A DNA stretch of 64,000 nucleotides from an uncultured bacterium (GTDB lineage Bacteria > Latescibacterota > CAZTBA01): the NCBI GenBank assembly GCA_964611725.1, contig CAZTBA010000001.1, forward strand, positions 1,117-65,116. Reading direction: 5' to 3'. The translations under genes and the position numbers were made by a program. A model generated the notes under the pieces. The model did not search any database. It was given only the letters and a program-made list of their open reading frames with translations, and had not been told where the DNA came from. Every line of letters begins with the position of its first letter. Within the stretch, counting starts at the first letter, position 1. This document shows positions 49,930 to 59,759 of the stretch, in pieces.

Positions 49930-52900
49930 CTACGGGTGCGTCAAGAGACGCCTTGCGTAGTTTCCTTCCTGTCGCATAAGGAGATATTGTGTTTCCAACT
50001 CCATCCAACCTCTGTCGCCGCGATCAGGAATATCGTCAAGCGAAGTCCGAGTTAAGACAAAACCATCAAGCGTTATTCTCTTTGTCTGAAAAGCTGGGGC
50101 ATTACTCAATTCTGAAAGCTTTCTCAGCGCTTCGAACTTATCCTCGTTTCCCACCAACCCTCCATGGTGAAGCCCATGCGGATCGATAAATCGGACATGG
50201 ATCCTACCAGTGCTTTCGTCTTTGATCCATAATATGAAGTCCGGGTAGAACCCACTGCGATGGAAAAGCTCAATGCCGGACTTCGGGAAATTCCTAAGTA
50301 GATACGCGGTATATCCACTGAACGGGATTTGACTGCTATTTGACTGCCAAAATGCTTTTAAGTCCCTTACTAGCTGAATTTCCGCGGGAACGAGTGCCGG
50401 TGGTCGTACTGATACATCCTTTTGCCATTTCTTACCACCTTGAGCTAAGATCGGATTGAAGAGATGCCAATCGATGTAAAACCTTGGCAAAGGTTCAGGT
50501 GCATCAAATAGATCCAAACCCCTCCCCAGTAACGCTTCTATTTGTTCTAGAAATTCACCTGATTTTACCCGAACCTTGTACTGTTTGAGCACGCGCTCAT
50601 CCGCCTCCAACCATCCTAGCTCGATGTGTTGACTTTCAGCTTCTCTTTCTTTGTAGCGGACAAAGCGATCCAGATAAGTTTTCAATAATTGCCCTGCAGC
50701 ATGCTGTAGGTGATCCGGGACTTTTTCATCCTCTTCAGGTATGCGCAGTCTGCAATGTTTCTGAAGTATTTCAGGTAACGCCCCTCGTCTTACATAAACG
50801 TTGCCATAGCCCCGGGTTTGCTTATAGCGTACTAGATCTGCGTAAAGGAGATCTAAGTCCAAAAGGTCTAAATACTGTGTCCTAGAGAAATCAATTTCGA
50901 CAGCCGTACCTGCCCGTCCTCGGGTCGCCACACCCCCGGTTACACTGTCCCGCAACCCTATCAGATGAGGCACTAAATCTATTGTGACAGTAATGCCCTC
51001 AGACTCAAGAGTCCAGGTCAAAGCTCCAGTGTCAAAGCTACCTTCTTTCTTCGGGACTGGCAGGTCATCTTTCGGCCAGGGTGTCCTGAGGTCCACATTT
51101 ATTGTGAACTCTTTGCCGATATCTTCCCGTCCGAGCATATTTTGGAAGCTGTCTATATAGTCAGCGTTCCAGCCAAAGATGTACAATGTCTCCAAGTGTT
51201 CAATTCCTTCCGGATGACCATTATGCGTCAGCAGCGCCTCCGTCCGCTTGAGGCTCATGTCCTTACCTTTTAGGCGAACGCCGCGGCCAAACAACTGCAT
51301 AATTTGTGGACCTTCGCCTCTTCCCATATTTAGAAGCCCCATTGACGATACACGCCAACTCGACCATCCTTCGATGAACTTCTTGGCACCGATCAGTATA
51401 TTGGTCAGTGAGTCCGCACGGTTAACTTGCTCAAACTGCGATCCTACGAAACGGTCTTCCTGAACTTCTATGTCCAGGTGCCTGTCCAGATATTTCCGAA
51501 ATTCGGATACATCCCCAATGTTAATCACAGCGAAATATGGGCTGTTTTGCGAATCTCCTGCCGAAGCTCGAAGACCCAACTCCCCTTCGACATTCTTTAT
51601 CTCCCATACTTCCAAAGCACCTCCCCCATGGAACACCTTGTCTATGATCTGGCCGTAGACCATCTCGGGGTCTTTCCCGTACAGGTGCGAGATATAAGGT
51701 GCAAACAGGTCAAGCTCCGTTTCCGTATCAGTAAAGCCACTGTTTCCACTGAGAATACGACCTATGACCTCCGTGGCCCAATTCTGCTCCTCTAAGACGC
51801 GCCGCAAAAATGCCACAACCTCCGCCACATCACTACGCCGCTGACTATCACGTATATACATCGCATTTACACTACTACCCAGCATCACCCAAAGTGGCTT
51901 TTCTATATTGTATGGTCGGTATTCCTCGGACTTCTGCTCGTAGAGCAACAATTGTTGATAGTATGTCAACAGGCCTCCGAGCAGTAACTCATGAGCACGA
52001 CCTGCTGTACCCCGCGATAGGTTTAGGACATTGAATTTCTTCCCATAACCATCCCCGTAGAAATGAGCGTAGGAGTAATCGAACAGGATAGCTTTGCCAT
52101 ATTCCTGTGACAGCTCCTTCTGGTCGCGTCGACGGCTCGCAGCACCAATAGCCTGTGCAAATGTTGCACTATATTCCAGTAGGAAGCCGCCACGACTTAG
52201 ATAGCGCTGGCGTGATTTCCAGACCTGAGCTTCACTGCCGGTTCCTTTGTGCCCCTCGTCTACCAAAATGAGGTTGTTCTCGCCGAGGTCGTCCAAGACA
52301 ACGCTGACACCCTCTCGCGAAGGCTCCTCAGATAGCTTGTGGATTTCGATAACCTTGACTACCGGCCCAAACAGGCTCGATGCCGTAGGGTTTTCAATAA
52401 AGACACATGCCTCAATCCCACTGGCTTCAAACTCCGTGATGTGCTGCCGCGATAGTCCCTCGTTTGGTGTAATAAGTAGTATGTTGTCGAATGTCCGCCA
52501 CCCGTCCGTCCGCGGAACTATTGATTCCGGGTGACGGCTATGTTCCAGGTAGTAAAGCACCTGCCACACATTCACATGCAACAGCAGTGTCTTACCACTC
52601 CCTGTGGCCATGAAAAACGCCAGCCGCCGCAGGTTGTCCATCTCGAACTCCGGGAAATCCCGCAGCTCCGAGTCATCTTCCCGCAGCTCACAGAGAAATA
52701 CATTCAGATCAGCAAGCAGTTCTCTCGAATTTCGTGTGAGGCGATCAAGAAATATTTCGGTGTAGAGGAGGGCCAGATACTGGAAGTACCGAAAAGCCTT
52801 AAACTCAGAGCGAATACGCACAAGCCGCGTCTCATATTCCATCACCCGCTTGTCATATACCCGCAGTTCATCCTCGCTCAGGAGGAGACCCGTTTGTTTC

Positions 52901-53046
52901 ACAAGCTCTTCGAAGAAGTAGCTCTGCCCATTAGCAGAAGGTCCTTCTTCCGCGAGCCGCAGCATTGACTTTAACTCGTCAAAACTTTGTGCCCCGAGCA
53001 AATGGTGAAGATACCGAGCCAAGACTGTGTATTCTTCGAGCCTCAT
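49930..53046 (-). CDS. Type III restriction Res-like SF2 helicase/nuclease subunit
   Basis: Motif I MATGSGKT, motif II LILVDEGHKG, a later QLFGRGVR arginine finger, and a C-terminal YPDFILWI...FIDPHG nuclease-like motif. 1-nt stop/start overlap with the methylase gene. Confidence 0.8.
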   Translation of the reverse strand: MRLEEYTVLARYLHHLLGAQSFDELKSMLRLAEEGPSANGQSYFFEELVKQTGLLLSEDELRVYDKRVMEYETRLVRIRSEFKAFRYFQYLALLYTEIFLDRLTRNSRELLADLNVFLCELREDDSELRDFPEFEMDNLRRLAFFMATGSGKTLLLHVNVWQVLYYLEHSRHPESIVPRTDGWRTFDNILLITPNEGLSRQHITEFEASGIEACVFIENPTASSLFGPVVKVIEIHKLSEEPSREGVSVVLDDLGENNLILVDEGHKGTGSEAQVWKSRQRYLSRGGFLLEYSATFAQAIGAASRRRDQKELSQEYGKAILFDYSYAHFYGDGYGKKFNVLNLSRGTAGRAHELLLGGLLTYYQQLLLYEQKSEEYRPYNIEKPLWVMLGSSVNAMYIRDSQRRSDVAEVVAFLRRVLEEQNWATEVIGRILSGNSGFTDTETELDLFAPYISHLYGKDPEMVYGQIIDKVFHGGGALEVWEIKNVEGELGLRASAGDSQNSPYFAVINIGDVSEFRKYLDRHLDIEVQEDRFVGSQFEQVNRADSLTNILIGAKKFIEGWSSWRVSSMGLLNMGRGEGPQIMQLFGRGVRLKGKDMSLKRTEALLTHNGHPEGIEHLETLYIFGWNADYIDSFQNMLGREDIGKEFTINVDLRTPWPKDDLPVPKKEGSFDTGALTWTLESEGITVTIDLVPHLIGLRDSVTGGVATRGRAGTAVEIDFSRTQYLDLLDLDLLYADLVRYKQTRGYGNVYVRRGALPEILQKHCRLRIPEEDEKVPDHLQHAAGQLLKTYLDRFVRYKEREAESQHIELGWLEADERVLKQYKVRVKSGEFLEQIEALLGRGLDLFDAPEPLPRFYIDWHLFNPILAQGGKKWQKDVSVRPPALVPAEIQLVRDLKAFWQSNSSQIPFSGYTAYLLRNFPKSGIELFHRSGFYPDFILWIKDESTGRIHVRFIDPHGLHHGGLVGNEDKFEALRKLSELSNAPAFQTKRITLDGFVLTRTSLDDIPDRGDRGWMELETQYLLMRQEGNYARRLLTHP

Positions 53047-56000
53047 CAGCGCCCCTCTTTCTGTTCCATAAGCATCTTGAACATCGGGTCAAGTGACTCA
53101 ACTCCTGGTACGGCTGTATCCCCATTGATAAGCACTTGATCATAGGCTTGTCCCTGTTCCCCCAATCTGGCTTCTAGGAACGAACGCTCCAGCCCAGGAT
53201 CAAAGTCGCTCATATCCCGCCATATGACCATGATACGCTTGTCCTGATCCCGATTTGTAGTCTTAATGACTTGGTATTGCCGCCCTGAGGCGTCTTTCCC
53301 TCTTATGTCATCTGGGTTCACCCACCTTTCTATACTGTTCACTCGCAGACCGTAAAGGTAGTTGAATGTCTCAATGAGGTCTACCCCCCTTTGGTGGGTA
53401 CCATCTTCGGTTAACACTTCAATAGTATAGTCAAATGGGTAATTCAGTTTAGCCAAATTGAGCATGGTGTCGCTGGAGTCAAGGGGTAGCTTCACCAGGT
53501 ATCGCAACCGGTATTCATCTTCGCCAACAACTTCCTTATATGCATTATCACGAGGATGAGACTGTTCATAGACGCTTTCAGCCACGATGTTGTGTAGTGC
53601 ATCGTCATAGGACTCCAAACGCAGTATTTTAACAAGCCGAGGTGTTCGTTCTAGTTCCTCATCTGTGGGTAGACGCCCGGGTTGACCTTTGGACCATTCA
53701 GATGAATAGATAACCTTCGCAACTCGCGGGAGCATAACTGTATCAAAATATGATCCCATTTCAACAAGTATGAACCGTGCATCATTCTCACTCTTACGAT
53801 TGAAGCTGATTGTTGCATCTGCTGTAGTACCGGATCCAGCATAAAAGTCCAGAATTGTGCCTTCAGGATCGCAAAGGAAATCGCAGATGCGTTTAACGAG
53901 ATCAACAGGTTTGGGGTTATCGAAAACTTTTTCTCCGAACAAGGCTATGAGCTGGTGCGATCCGTTAACCTTTACATCAACCCACAAGTCGCTTGCCAGT
54001 TTCTTACCTGATGGAGGAACATAGTGCTCAGGTTTCCCAGAACTCGGGAGACGCAGTAGATCCACCTTTTCCCCTCTTTGCTCTTCCTTTCCGCGAACCC
54101 ACTCGTCAATCGCTTCTTGTGTGGGGTTTTCTGTAGCCAATTCTGATAGAAGCTGTTGGTAATTCCGGATGGCTTTTTCGCTCCGCTCTGGGGCCCAACG
54201 CCATTGGCCAGTCTCTGGCGTTTCACCGAAGAGAGGGTATCGCATAGTGGGGCGGTCGGTTCCTCGCCAATGCTTGTTCCATCCCCCAGTTACTACCGTT
54301 TCCTCTTCCTCTTCATCAGACAATACTTTCGGTACCATCAGCTTTTTGAACTGTGCAGTTGGATTCTTTGAATACATCAGTACATAATCATACCCTTGGT
54401 TCAGACGATCGATAGTGTCAAATTGCGCTTGAACGCTTTTGATCCCACGGCGTCTCACAATAGCGGACTTAAAACAATCAGCGCCCCATTTAGCATCCAT
54501 TAACTGGCGGAGATTGCTGCATTCCTCGTTTCCGATGCTTATAAAACAAGCGCCTCCCTCAGACAGCAAGATATGGCCTAGTTGCAATCTTTCCTCAAGT
54601 GCACAGAGCCAGCTTGAATGTTGATATCGATCCTTGTATGGGAATTCGTCCTCCCCCGTGTTATAGGGTGGATCAATATAAATGCATTCCACCTGCTCGC
54701 GGTAGCGTTCTTCCAACAGCTGCAACGCTTGGTAGTTTTCCCCCTGAATGAGAAGACCATCCATGGCCTCCTCCAGGTCCTCGAAAGGCAAGGCTTCAAG
54801 CAAACTAAGCACGAAATCACGGTCAAAATGCTGTGTGTTGACTACCAAAGTAGGGTGTGTAACCAGGAACTCTTCATTGACTATTCCCTTTGCGTTAAAG
54901 AGGTTTTTTTCAGGCTCCAGAGCGAACCAGTGCTGCCACTCGGTCCGCTGTGCTTCGTTTCCCAGCACTTCAGGCCAGAGCTTTGTAGGCACATGCTTGA
55001 TGGGAAGCAGATAATCGGTCTGTAGCACGAACTTCTTCTTCTCAAACAGCCGTTTCTGTGTTTCTTCGACTTGGGCCAAAAATTCGATGATCTGCTCACC
55101 CAAGCGGCGCAGCACACGTATCATCCGCTGCCGAGATTCTATATCCCCTTCTATATCTTCCAGGTGTAGGATATGGTCCTTGATATAAAACCCCAGCTCA
55201 TGATGGAGAAAACCCCTCAAATTCTTATGAACGAAATAATCGCTTGTCTGACGTCTAGTGAAGTGACGTAAACGTGTCAACAACAAGGGTAGCTCCGGTT
55301 TACCATCAGCCCTTTCTTTTTCATTACGTTGGTCTCTCATCAGGATTACTCGTAGCGTCTCAACTGGAACGATGTTGGAAATAGCATCGAGGCTCTCTTC
55401 CAGAATCTGTTCCTGTCCCTTATTGTTCTTACCATATTTTTCTATCTCTTCGCCAGTGGGCAGACGATACTCAAACGGCAAGATGAACAGTTGCTCTGAT
55501 TCATCGAATGTTGCGCAGTCAGGACGAGGAAAGAAATAGCGGCGGTCTCCCTTGGTGTTATCCCTCGGCACGGAGGCCTCCATAAGAGTGAAGCGCATAC
55601 GATACTGGCCGGAGACAGTGTCTACGTTGAATGCATAGTCCTTGAAGTATTCAGCGGTCTTGACGTAGTGCTGGTCATTATTGGCCCAGTGTAAGAATAT
55701 CTCCTGGCCTTGATAAGGTACGGCGTAGGTCTCCCGTGCACCGTATCGCCGGAGAGGAATAAAGTCGCCCTCCTCGTAGTAGCGAGAAAAGAAATTATAA
55801 AGGTGATTGAAAACCTCCGCCTTCTGCGCTTCGCCGGCCTGGGCTGTCTCCAATCGCTGACGCTTGGCTTCATATTCTTCAACGAGCTCCCGGACTACTC
55901 TGATGTTACTTTCGTGATATTCAGGCTTCACCTCTCCTGTGAGTGTTATAGCATTCGGCTCAATTTCCTCTTTAGCACGCTCCGCTAATCGCTCCACCTC

Positions 56001-56201
56001 CCTTTGAAGCGCTTCCTTCTCCTCTTTTGTGATACTGGCATATGCCTCGTCTACCTCATGAGGCAATTGCTCGCTCAAAAAGACCTCTACTTCGTCCCGT
56101 TTCAGTTTCAGCAGCCGATATATGCCAAAGTCGAGATCGGCTGTATCGAACTGGAACAGCTTCCTGAGGAGATCCTGAAATTCTGTAAAGTAATCTTCCA
56201 C
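53046..56201 (-). CDS. large N6-adenine/N4-cytosine DNA methyltransferase (beta class, Type III Mod-like) with a ~470-aa N-terminal extension
   Basis: Motif IV CIYIDPPYNTG precedes motif I ILDFYAGSGTTADA. Confidence 0.85.
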   Translation of the reverse strand: MEDYFTEFQDLLRKLFQFDTADLDFGIYRLLKLKRDEVEVFLSEQLPHEVDEAYASITKEEKEALQREVERLAERAKEEIEPNAITLTGEVKPEYHESNIRVVRELVEEYEAKRQRLETAQAGEAQKAEVFNHLYNFFSRYYEEGDFIPLRRYGARETYAVPYQGQEIFLHWANNDQHYVKTAEYFKDYAFNVDTVSGQYRMRFTLMEASVPRDNTKGDRRYFFPRPDCATFDESEQLFILPFEYRLPTGEEIEKYGKNNKGQEQILEESLDAISNIVPVETLRVILMRDQRNEKERADGKPELPLLLTRLRHFTRRQTSDYFVHKNLRGFLHHELGFYIKDHILHLEDIEGDIESRQRMIRVLRRLGEQIIEFLAQVEETQKRLFEKKKFVLQTDYLLPIKHVPTKLWPEVLGNEAQRTEWQHWFALEPEKNLFNAKGIVNEEFLVTHPTLVVNTQHFDRDFVLSLLEALPFEDLEEAMDGLLIQGENYQALQLLEERYREQVECIYIDPPYNTGEDEFPYKDRYQHSSWLCALEERLQLGHILLSEGGACFISIGNEECSNLRQLMDAKWGADCFKSAIVRRRGIKSVQAQFDTIDRLNQGYDYVLMYSKNPTAQFKKLMVPKVLSDEEEEETVVTGGWNKHWRGTDRPTMRYPLFGETPETGQWRWAPERSEKAIRNYQQLLSELATENPTQEAIDEWVRGKEEQRGEKVDLLRLPSSGKPEHYVPPSGKKLASDLWVDVKVNGSHQLIALFGEKVFDNPKPVDLVKRICDFLCDPEGTILDFYAGSGTTADATISFNRKSENDARFILVEMGSYFDTVMLPRVAKVIYSSEWSKGQPGRLPTDEELERTPRLVKILRLESYDDALHNIVAESVYEQSHPRDNAYKEVVGEDEYRLRYLVKLPLDSSDTMLNLAKLNYPFDYTIEVLTEDGTHQRGVDLIETFNYLYGLRVNSIERWVNPDDIRGKDASGRQYQVIKTTNRDQDKRIMVIWRDMSDFDPGLERSFLEARLGEQGQAYDQVLINGDTAVPGVESLDPMFKMLMEQKEGR

Positions 56202-56454
56202 TGTTCCACTAACCCCCTTTTAACGACGCTCAGTAAAATTCAAGCAGTAAACTTCCGTTATACGCAAGCATGAACAAATGCATGTCCTGACGCAACACTG
56301 TTTAGATCTGATTATCTTCCTCAGCAACCTGTCCTCCACACCCTTTGCCAACCTCAATTTCTTTGGTGTCCTGAATTCTCAGTTCCCCTGGAATAAAAGC
56401 TCAACTCTTCACCACAGCAAGAAGATAAGCAGAAGACCCTTCGTTTCAAAGAAA

Positions 56455-56497
56455 AACAAAAAACAGCCCTGAGAATTTTCAAAAAGGCTGTTTTTGT
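56455..56497 (-). terminator. terminator-like hairpin between the integrase operon and the R-M genes
   Basis: A-run, ACAGCC-N17-GGCTGT, T-run. Confidence 0.45.
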
Positions 56498-56523
56498 TAT
56501 TCGAAGATTCTCTATGATGCTCC

Positions 56524-56721
56524 TTATCTTATATTCTTCCAACCTCCCCTAATTTCCACAACTCCGGGAACCTTGTTTTTCAGGTCGTTCCTCTTCAGCC
56601 CACTTAATCTCTCCTGATTCTCCGTATCCCTAATCCATTTCGTGTAGGCTAAAACCTCTCCTCTCCCCTCTTGGGAGAGTTTCCTAAATTCTCTTAGAAT
56701 TTTGTATTCAATCGTGGTCAT
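56524..56721 (-). CDS. hypothetical 65-aa protein downstream of the integrase
   Basis: ORF only. Confidence 0.4.
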   Translation of the reverse strand: MTTIEYKILREFRKLSQEGRGEVLAYTKWIRDTENQERLSGLKRNDLKNKVPGVVEIRGGWKNIR

Positions 56722-56739
56722 AGTTTTTGTCTGTCCACT

Positions 56740-57336
56740 TTATTCCTCGAAGTCAACCTCCTGCTGGATCCTCAGAGAATCCTCTTTTGTGAGTGTTGAA
56801 AGGTATCTCATAACCATTGTGGTTGAGGCGTGTCCCAGATGATGCTGCAGGGTCTTTGGATTTCCGGTCTGGCGGAGCCTCTCGATTGCATCTGAGTGTC
56901 TTAAGAGGTGAGGATAGACTCTTTTGGGGAGACCTACCTTCTGGGACAGTTCACGCAAGATCTGCCAGGCCCTCTGACGGTTTATGGGAAAGAATTTATC
57001 CTGAGCTTCGAGCTTCTCCTGGTAGGCATATGCCTGTAGCTTTTCCGAAAGCCTCTCTGGACAGGCAACCATCCTGAGCTTTCTCCCCTTTCCGATGACT
57101 TCCAAAGCCGGCCTGCCTTCAAACTGCCTTATCTTGGATGGTGATAGAGAGAGAGCCTCTGAGATCCTGAGGCCGGTCTGATACAAAACCTGTATCAGGA
57201 GGGAGTCCCTCTCCCCTTTCCTACCCTTCTTAGCCTCTTCAATTAGAAGATCAGCCTCTTCTCTGGTAAGATAAGGGACGATGCCGAATGCCTTTGTGAG
57301 GGCAGTTTTCTGTGGGATAAGTGCTTTGTTGTTCAT
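56740..57336 (-). CDS. short (198-aa) tyrosine recombinase, catalytic domain only
   Basis: GLRISEAL (Arg I), GKGRK (Lys), HLLRHS (His-x-x-Arg II), LGHAS (His), VMRYL (Tyr nucleophile). Confidence 0.85.
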   Translation of the reverse strand: MNNKALIPQKTALTKAFGIVPYLTREEADLLIEEAKKGRKGERDSLLIQVLYQTGLRISEALSLSPSKIRQFEGRPALEVIGKGRKLRMVACPERLSEKLQAYAYQEKLEAQDKFFPINRQRAWQILRELSQKVGLPKRVYPHLLRHSDAIERLRQTGNPKTLQHHLGHASTTMVMRYLSTLTKEDSLRIQQEVDFEE

Positions 57337-57360
57337 AGACTTTTCCTATACACTTTTATC

Positions 57361-57457
57361 TTTTGTATAATTATAGCATAGAAAAAGGCCCCTGTCAAAG
57401 GGAAAATGGCCCTTTTCAGAGGGGTAAAATTATACAAAACTATTACTTTTGTATAGT
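57361..57457. repeat. cluster of recombinase-arm repeats, including a lox/dif-like site (11-bp inverted arms, 7-bp spacer)
   Basis: ttttgtataatt (57361-72) is the exact reverse complement of aattatacaaaa (57428-39). ATTATACAAAA-ctattac-TTTTGTATAGT spans 57429-57457, with arms 10/11 complementary. Confidence 0.5.
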
Positions 57458-57577
57458 CTCATTGTGAGCGTAGATCAAAATCCCATCTATGCTGGCATGC
57501 CTTCCCAAACCTGAGTTTCCCGGATTGTGGCCCCTCCCTGTAAAACCACGGTTACAGCAATCATTGTGGTATACCCT

Positions 57578-59050
57578 TTATCGGAGGATAGCGGAAGAAT
57601 CATGAATAATTTTCCCTAAGCTAACGAAAATTACGAAAAATTCAAGTCGTCCAAGAAACATACCCAGAATTTCCGTCCAAAGTACCAAAACTGGTGAGGA
57701 AGAAGTTGTTACACCGGCAGAGAGACCTACGGTACCTAATGCCGAAGCAAATTCGAACAGCGATTCTTTCAATTCATACCCATGAGTAGCAAGAATCCCT
57801 GAGCCTATGGTATATACTGCGAGGTAGAGGAATAAGAAATTGGCAATGTTTCGTATGCGCTCATCACTGATAAAGTCTTTCCTATCACCTTGCCAGATGT
57901 AATTCTCGACCACAGCTGTTCTGGGCAGAAACGAACGGCGTATTTCCCACAGAAGGGATTTGAACAGTAGATAAACGCGGTATTGTTTGATACCACCGGC
58001 AGTTGAACACGTTCCCCCGCCAATAAGCATTAGAACTATTAGTATGAAGAATCCTAATGAATTCCAGTTCCCGTATCCGGTTGTCGAGAATCCGGTAGTT
58101 GTTAATGCCGTGACAGTCTCAAATATAGCCACCCGAATGCTCTTAACCAGAGATGGATAGATTCCCTTACAAACCATTAGAGACAAGATAAGCACACCGA
58201 CAGGAATCAAAACTACAAAAAAGCGTGTTTCGCCATTACGGTAAACAGCCTTTAAATTTCCGTGTAAGAGCAGATATGCTGTCAGGAAATTCAGGTTTCC
58301 CAGAATCATTAATGGTATAGTTACACTTTCGATAACAACTGAATCCCAGTGCCCAATGCTTTCAGGGTAGGTTGAAAACCCACCGGTAGAAACCGCAGCA
58401 AACGCATGATTAACAGCATCAAACAGATCCATTCCTGCCAGCCAGTATGTCAAAACACCTACCGATGCATATCCGACATATATGAACATAACAAGTTTGG
58501 CAGACTGTCGGATATGCGGAACAAGTTGTTCACTTCGGCCCTCAGCTGTAGTAAGCCCTGGACCAATCGGCCCAGCAATAGTGGCAAGCATGATTATAGC
58601 CAGCCCTGCGCCACCAGCAAGCTGCATAATACTGCGCCAAATTAAAATTATATGGCTTGCTCTACTGACATCAACTACGGATAGCCCTGTCGTTGTCCAG
58701 CCACTGACAGACTCAAAGACAGCTTGAGTGAAACTAAGCTTTTGGATAACTATAAGAGGCCAACCTGAAAACAGACACACTATAACCCAGCTCAACACGA
58801 CAATAACACCACCTTCCTGCACTGTCAGGACTACAGGGTTATGAGGTCGGAAAACTCTCCATATCCCGATGCCCATTCCCGAAAGCACAATGCCTGGAAG
58901 AACAAACCCTGTACTGCATACCCATTCCTCGGGCCAAGCTACAAGAACCGAAAGTGGGAGAAACATCAATAATCCACCTAAAAACAGGATCAGACCTGTG
59001 TAGGAGAGAATTGCCCTATAACGTCGCTTAAGATTAACGTTCGCCCGCAC
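57578..59050 (-). CDS. trkH: TrkH/KtrB-family potassium transporter
   Basis: Polytopic protein with repeated pore-loop motifs (GWTTTGLSV, VSTGGFST, LTTTGFST, GLSAGV). Confidence 0.9.
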   Translation of the reverse strand: MRANVNLKRRYRAILSYTGLILFLGGLLMFLPLSVLVAWPEEWVCSTGFVLPGIVLSGMGIGIWRVFRPHNPVVLTVQEGGVIVVLSWVIVCLFSGWPLIVIQKLSFTQAVFESVSGWTTTGLSVVDVSRASHIILIWRSIMQLAGGAGLAIIMLATIAGPIGPGLTTAEGRSEQLVPHIRQSAKLVMFIYVGYASVGVLTYWLAGMDLFDAVNHAFAAVSTGGFSTYPESIGHWDSVVIESVTIPLMILGNLNFLTAYLLLHGNLKAVYRNGETRFFVVLIPVGVLILSLMVCKGIYPSLVKSIRVAIFETVTALTTTGFSTTGYGNWNSLGFFILIVLMLIGGGTCSTAGGIKQYRVYLLFKSLLWEIRRSFLPRTAVVENYIWQGDRKDFISDERIRNIANFLFLYLAVYTIGSGILATHGYELKESLFEFASALGTVGLSAGVTTSSSPVLVLWTEILGMFLGRLEFFVIFVSLGKIIHDSSAILR

Positions 59051-59063
59051 GGCAAGCTCCTCA

Positions 59064-59759
59064 CTACTCTTCTATATCCCCGGTCAAAATTTTGAGCACC
59101 TCACCGTGATTTTTCGGCAAAGTTACGACAATAAGGCGATCCTGACCTCGAAGCACGGTTGTCCCTCTTGGTACAATTGGCTGCTCCTCCCGCAGAATAA
59201 ATGCTATAAGAGAATTTTCCGGAAATGCGATATCTCGAAGCGATCGCCCAACCACAGGAGAAGTTTCTTTCAACACAATTTCGGTAATATTAACTTTCCC
59301 TTCTCCAACCGGAATCAGATTGATAACCTCGTCAAGACCAGCCCTCTGCTCTATCAGGCTAGTTAAAATATGCGTCGTAGAAAAAGCGGTTGCGATTCCA
59401 AGCTTCCGAAAGACTTCTTCGTTGTCAGGGTCGTTCACCAATGCCAGAGTCCGAGAGACATTAAAATGCATGTCCGCCACCTGGCAAATCACAAGATTAT
59501 CCTGGTCATTTGGCGTTACTGCGAGCACCGCATCAGCGGTGTCAGCCCCTGCCTCCTGCAAGATTTGAGGATCACTCCCATCGCCGTATACAACAGTCGC
59601 TTTTAGACGCCGGGCAAGCCAGGTGCATTCACCACGGTCGCGGTTTATCACAGTGACCTTATAACCTTTAGAAATGAACGTACGGCAGAGAAAATAAACC
59701 ATCTTTCCTCCACCAACAATTACAACATTCATTGCCAATATTTTTGTCAGTTTCTTCAC
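59064..59759 (-). CDS. trkA: TrkA/KtrA regulatory subunit (RCK N plus C domains); start 59759 (GTG) or 59732 (ATG)
   Basis: VVIVGGGKMVYFLCRTF...VTVINRD Rossmann fold, with a TrkA-C-like C-terminus. Confidence 0.85.
   Translation of the reverse strand: MKKLTKILAMNVVIVGGGKMVYFLCRTFISKGYKVTVINRDRGECTWLARRLKATVVYGDGSDPQILQEAGADTADAVLAVTPNDQDNLVICQVADMHFNVSRTLALVNDPDNEEVFRKLGIATAFSTTHILTSLIEQRAGLDEVINLIPVGEGKVNITEIVLKETSPVVGRSLRDIAFPENSLIAFILREEQPIVPRGTTVLRGQDRLIVVTLPKNHGEVLKILTGDIEE

Noticed and set aside
48796-56201. BREX or DISARM instead of Type III-like R-M
   Set aside because: No PglZ phosphatase, BrxC/PglY ATPase, BrxL/Lon, DrmA/B or PLD-type gene is in the window. Only a methylase, an SF2 helicase and a small nuclease-domain protein are present.
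57481-57500. Loose similarity between cccatctatgctggcatgcc (57481-) and cccaaacttgctggaatatgcc (31404-) as alternative att repeats
   Set aside because: It needs a gap and several mismatches, and is not distinguishable from chance by eye.
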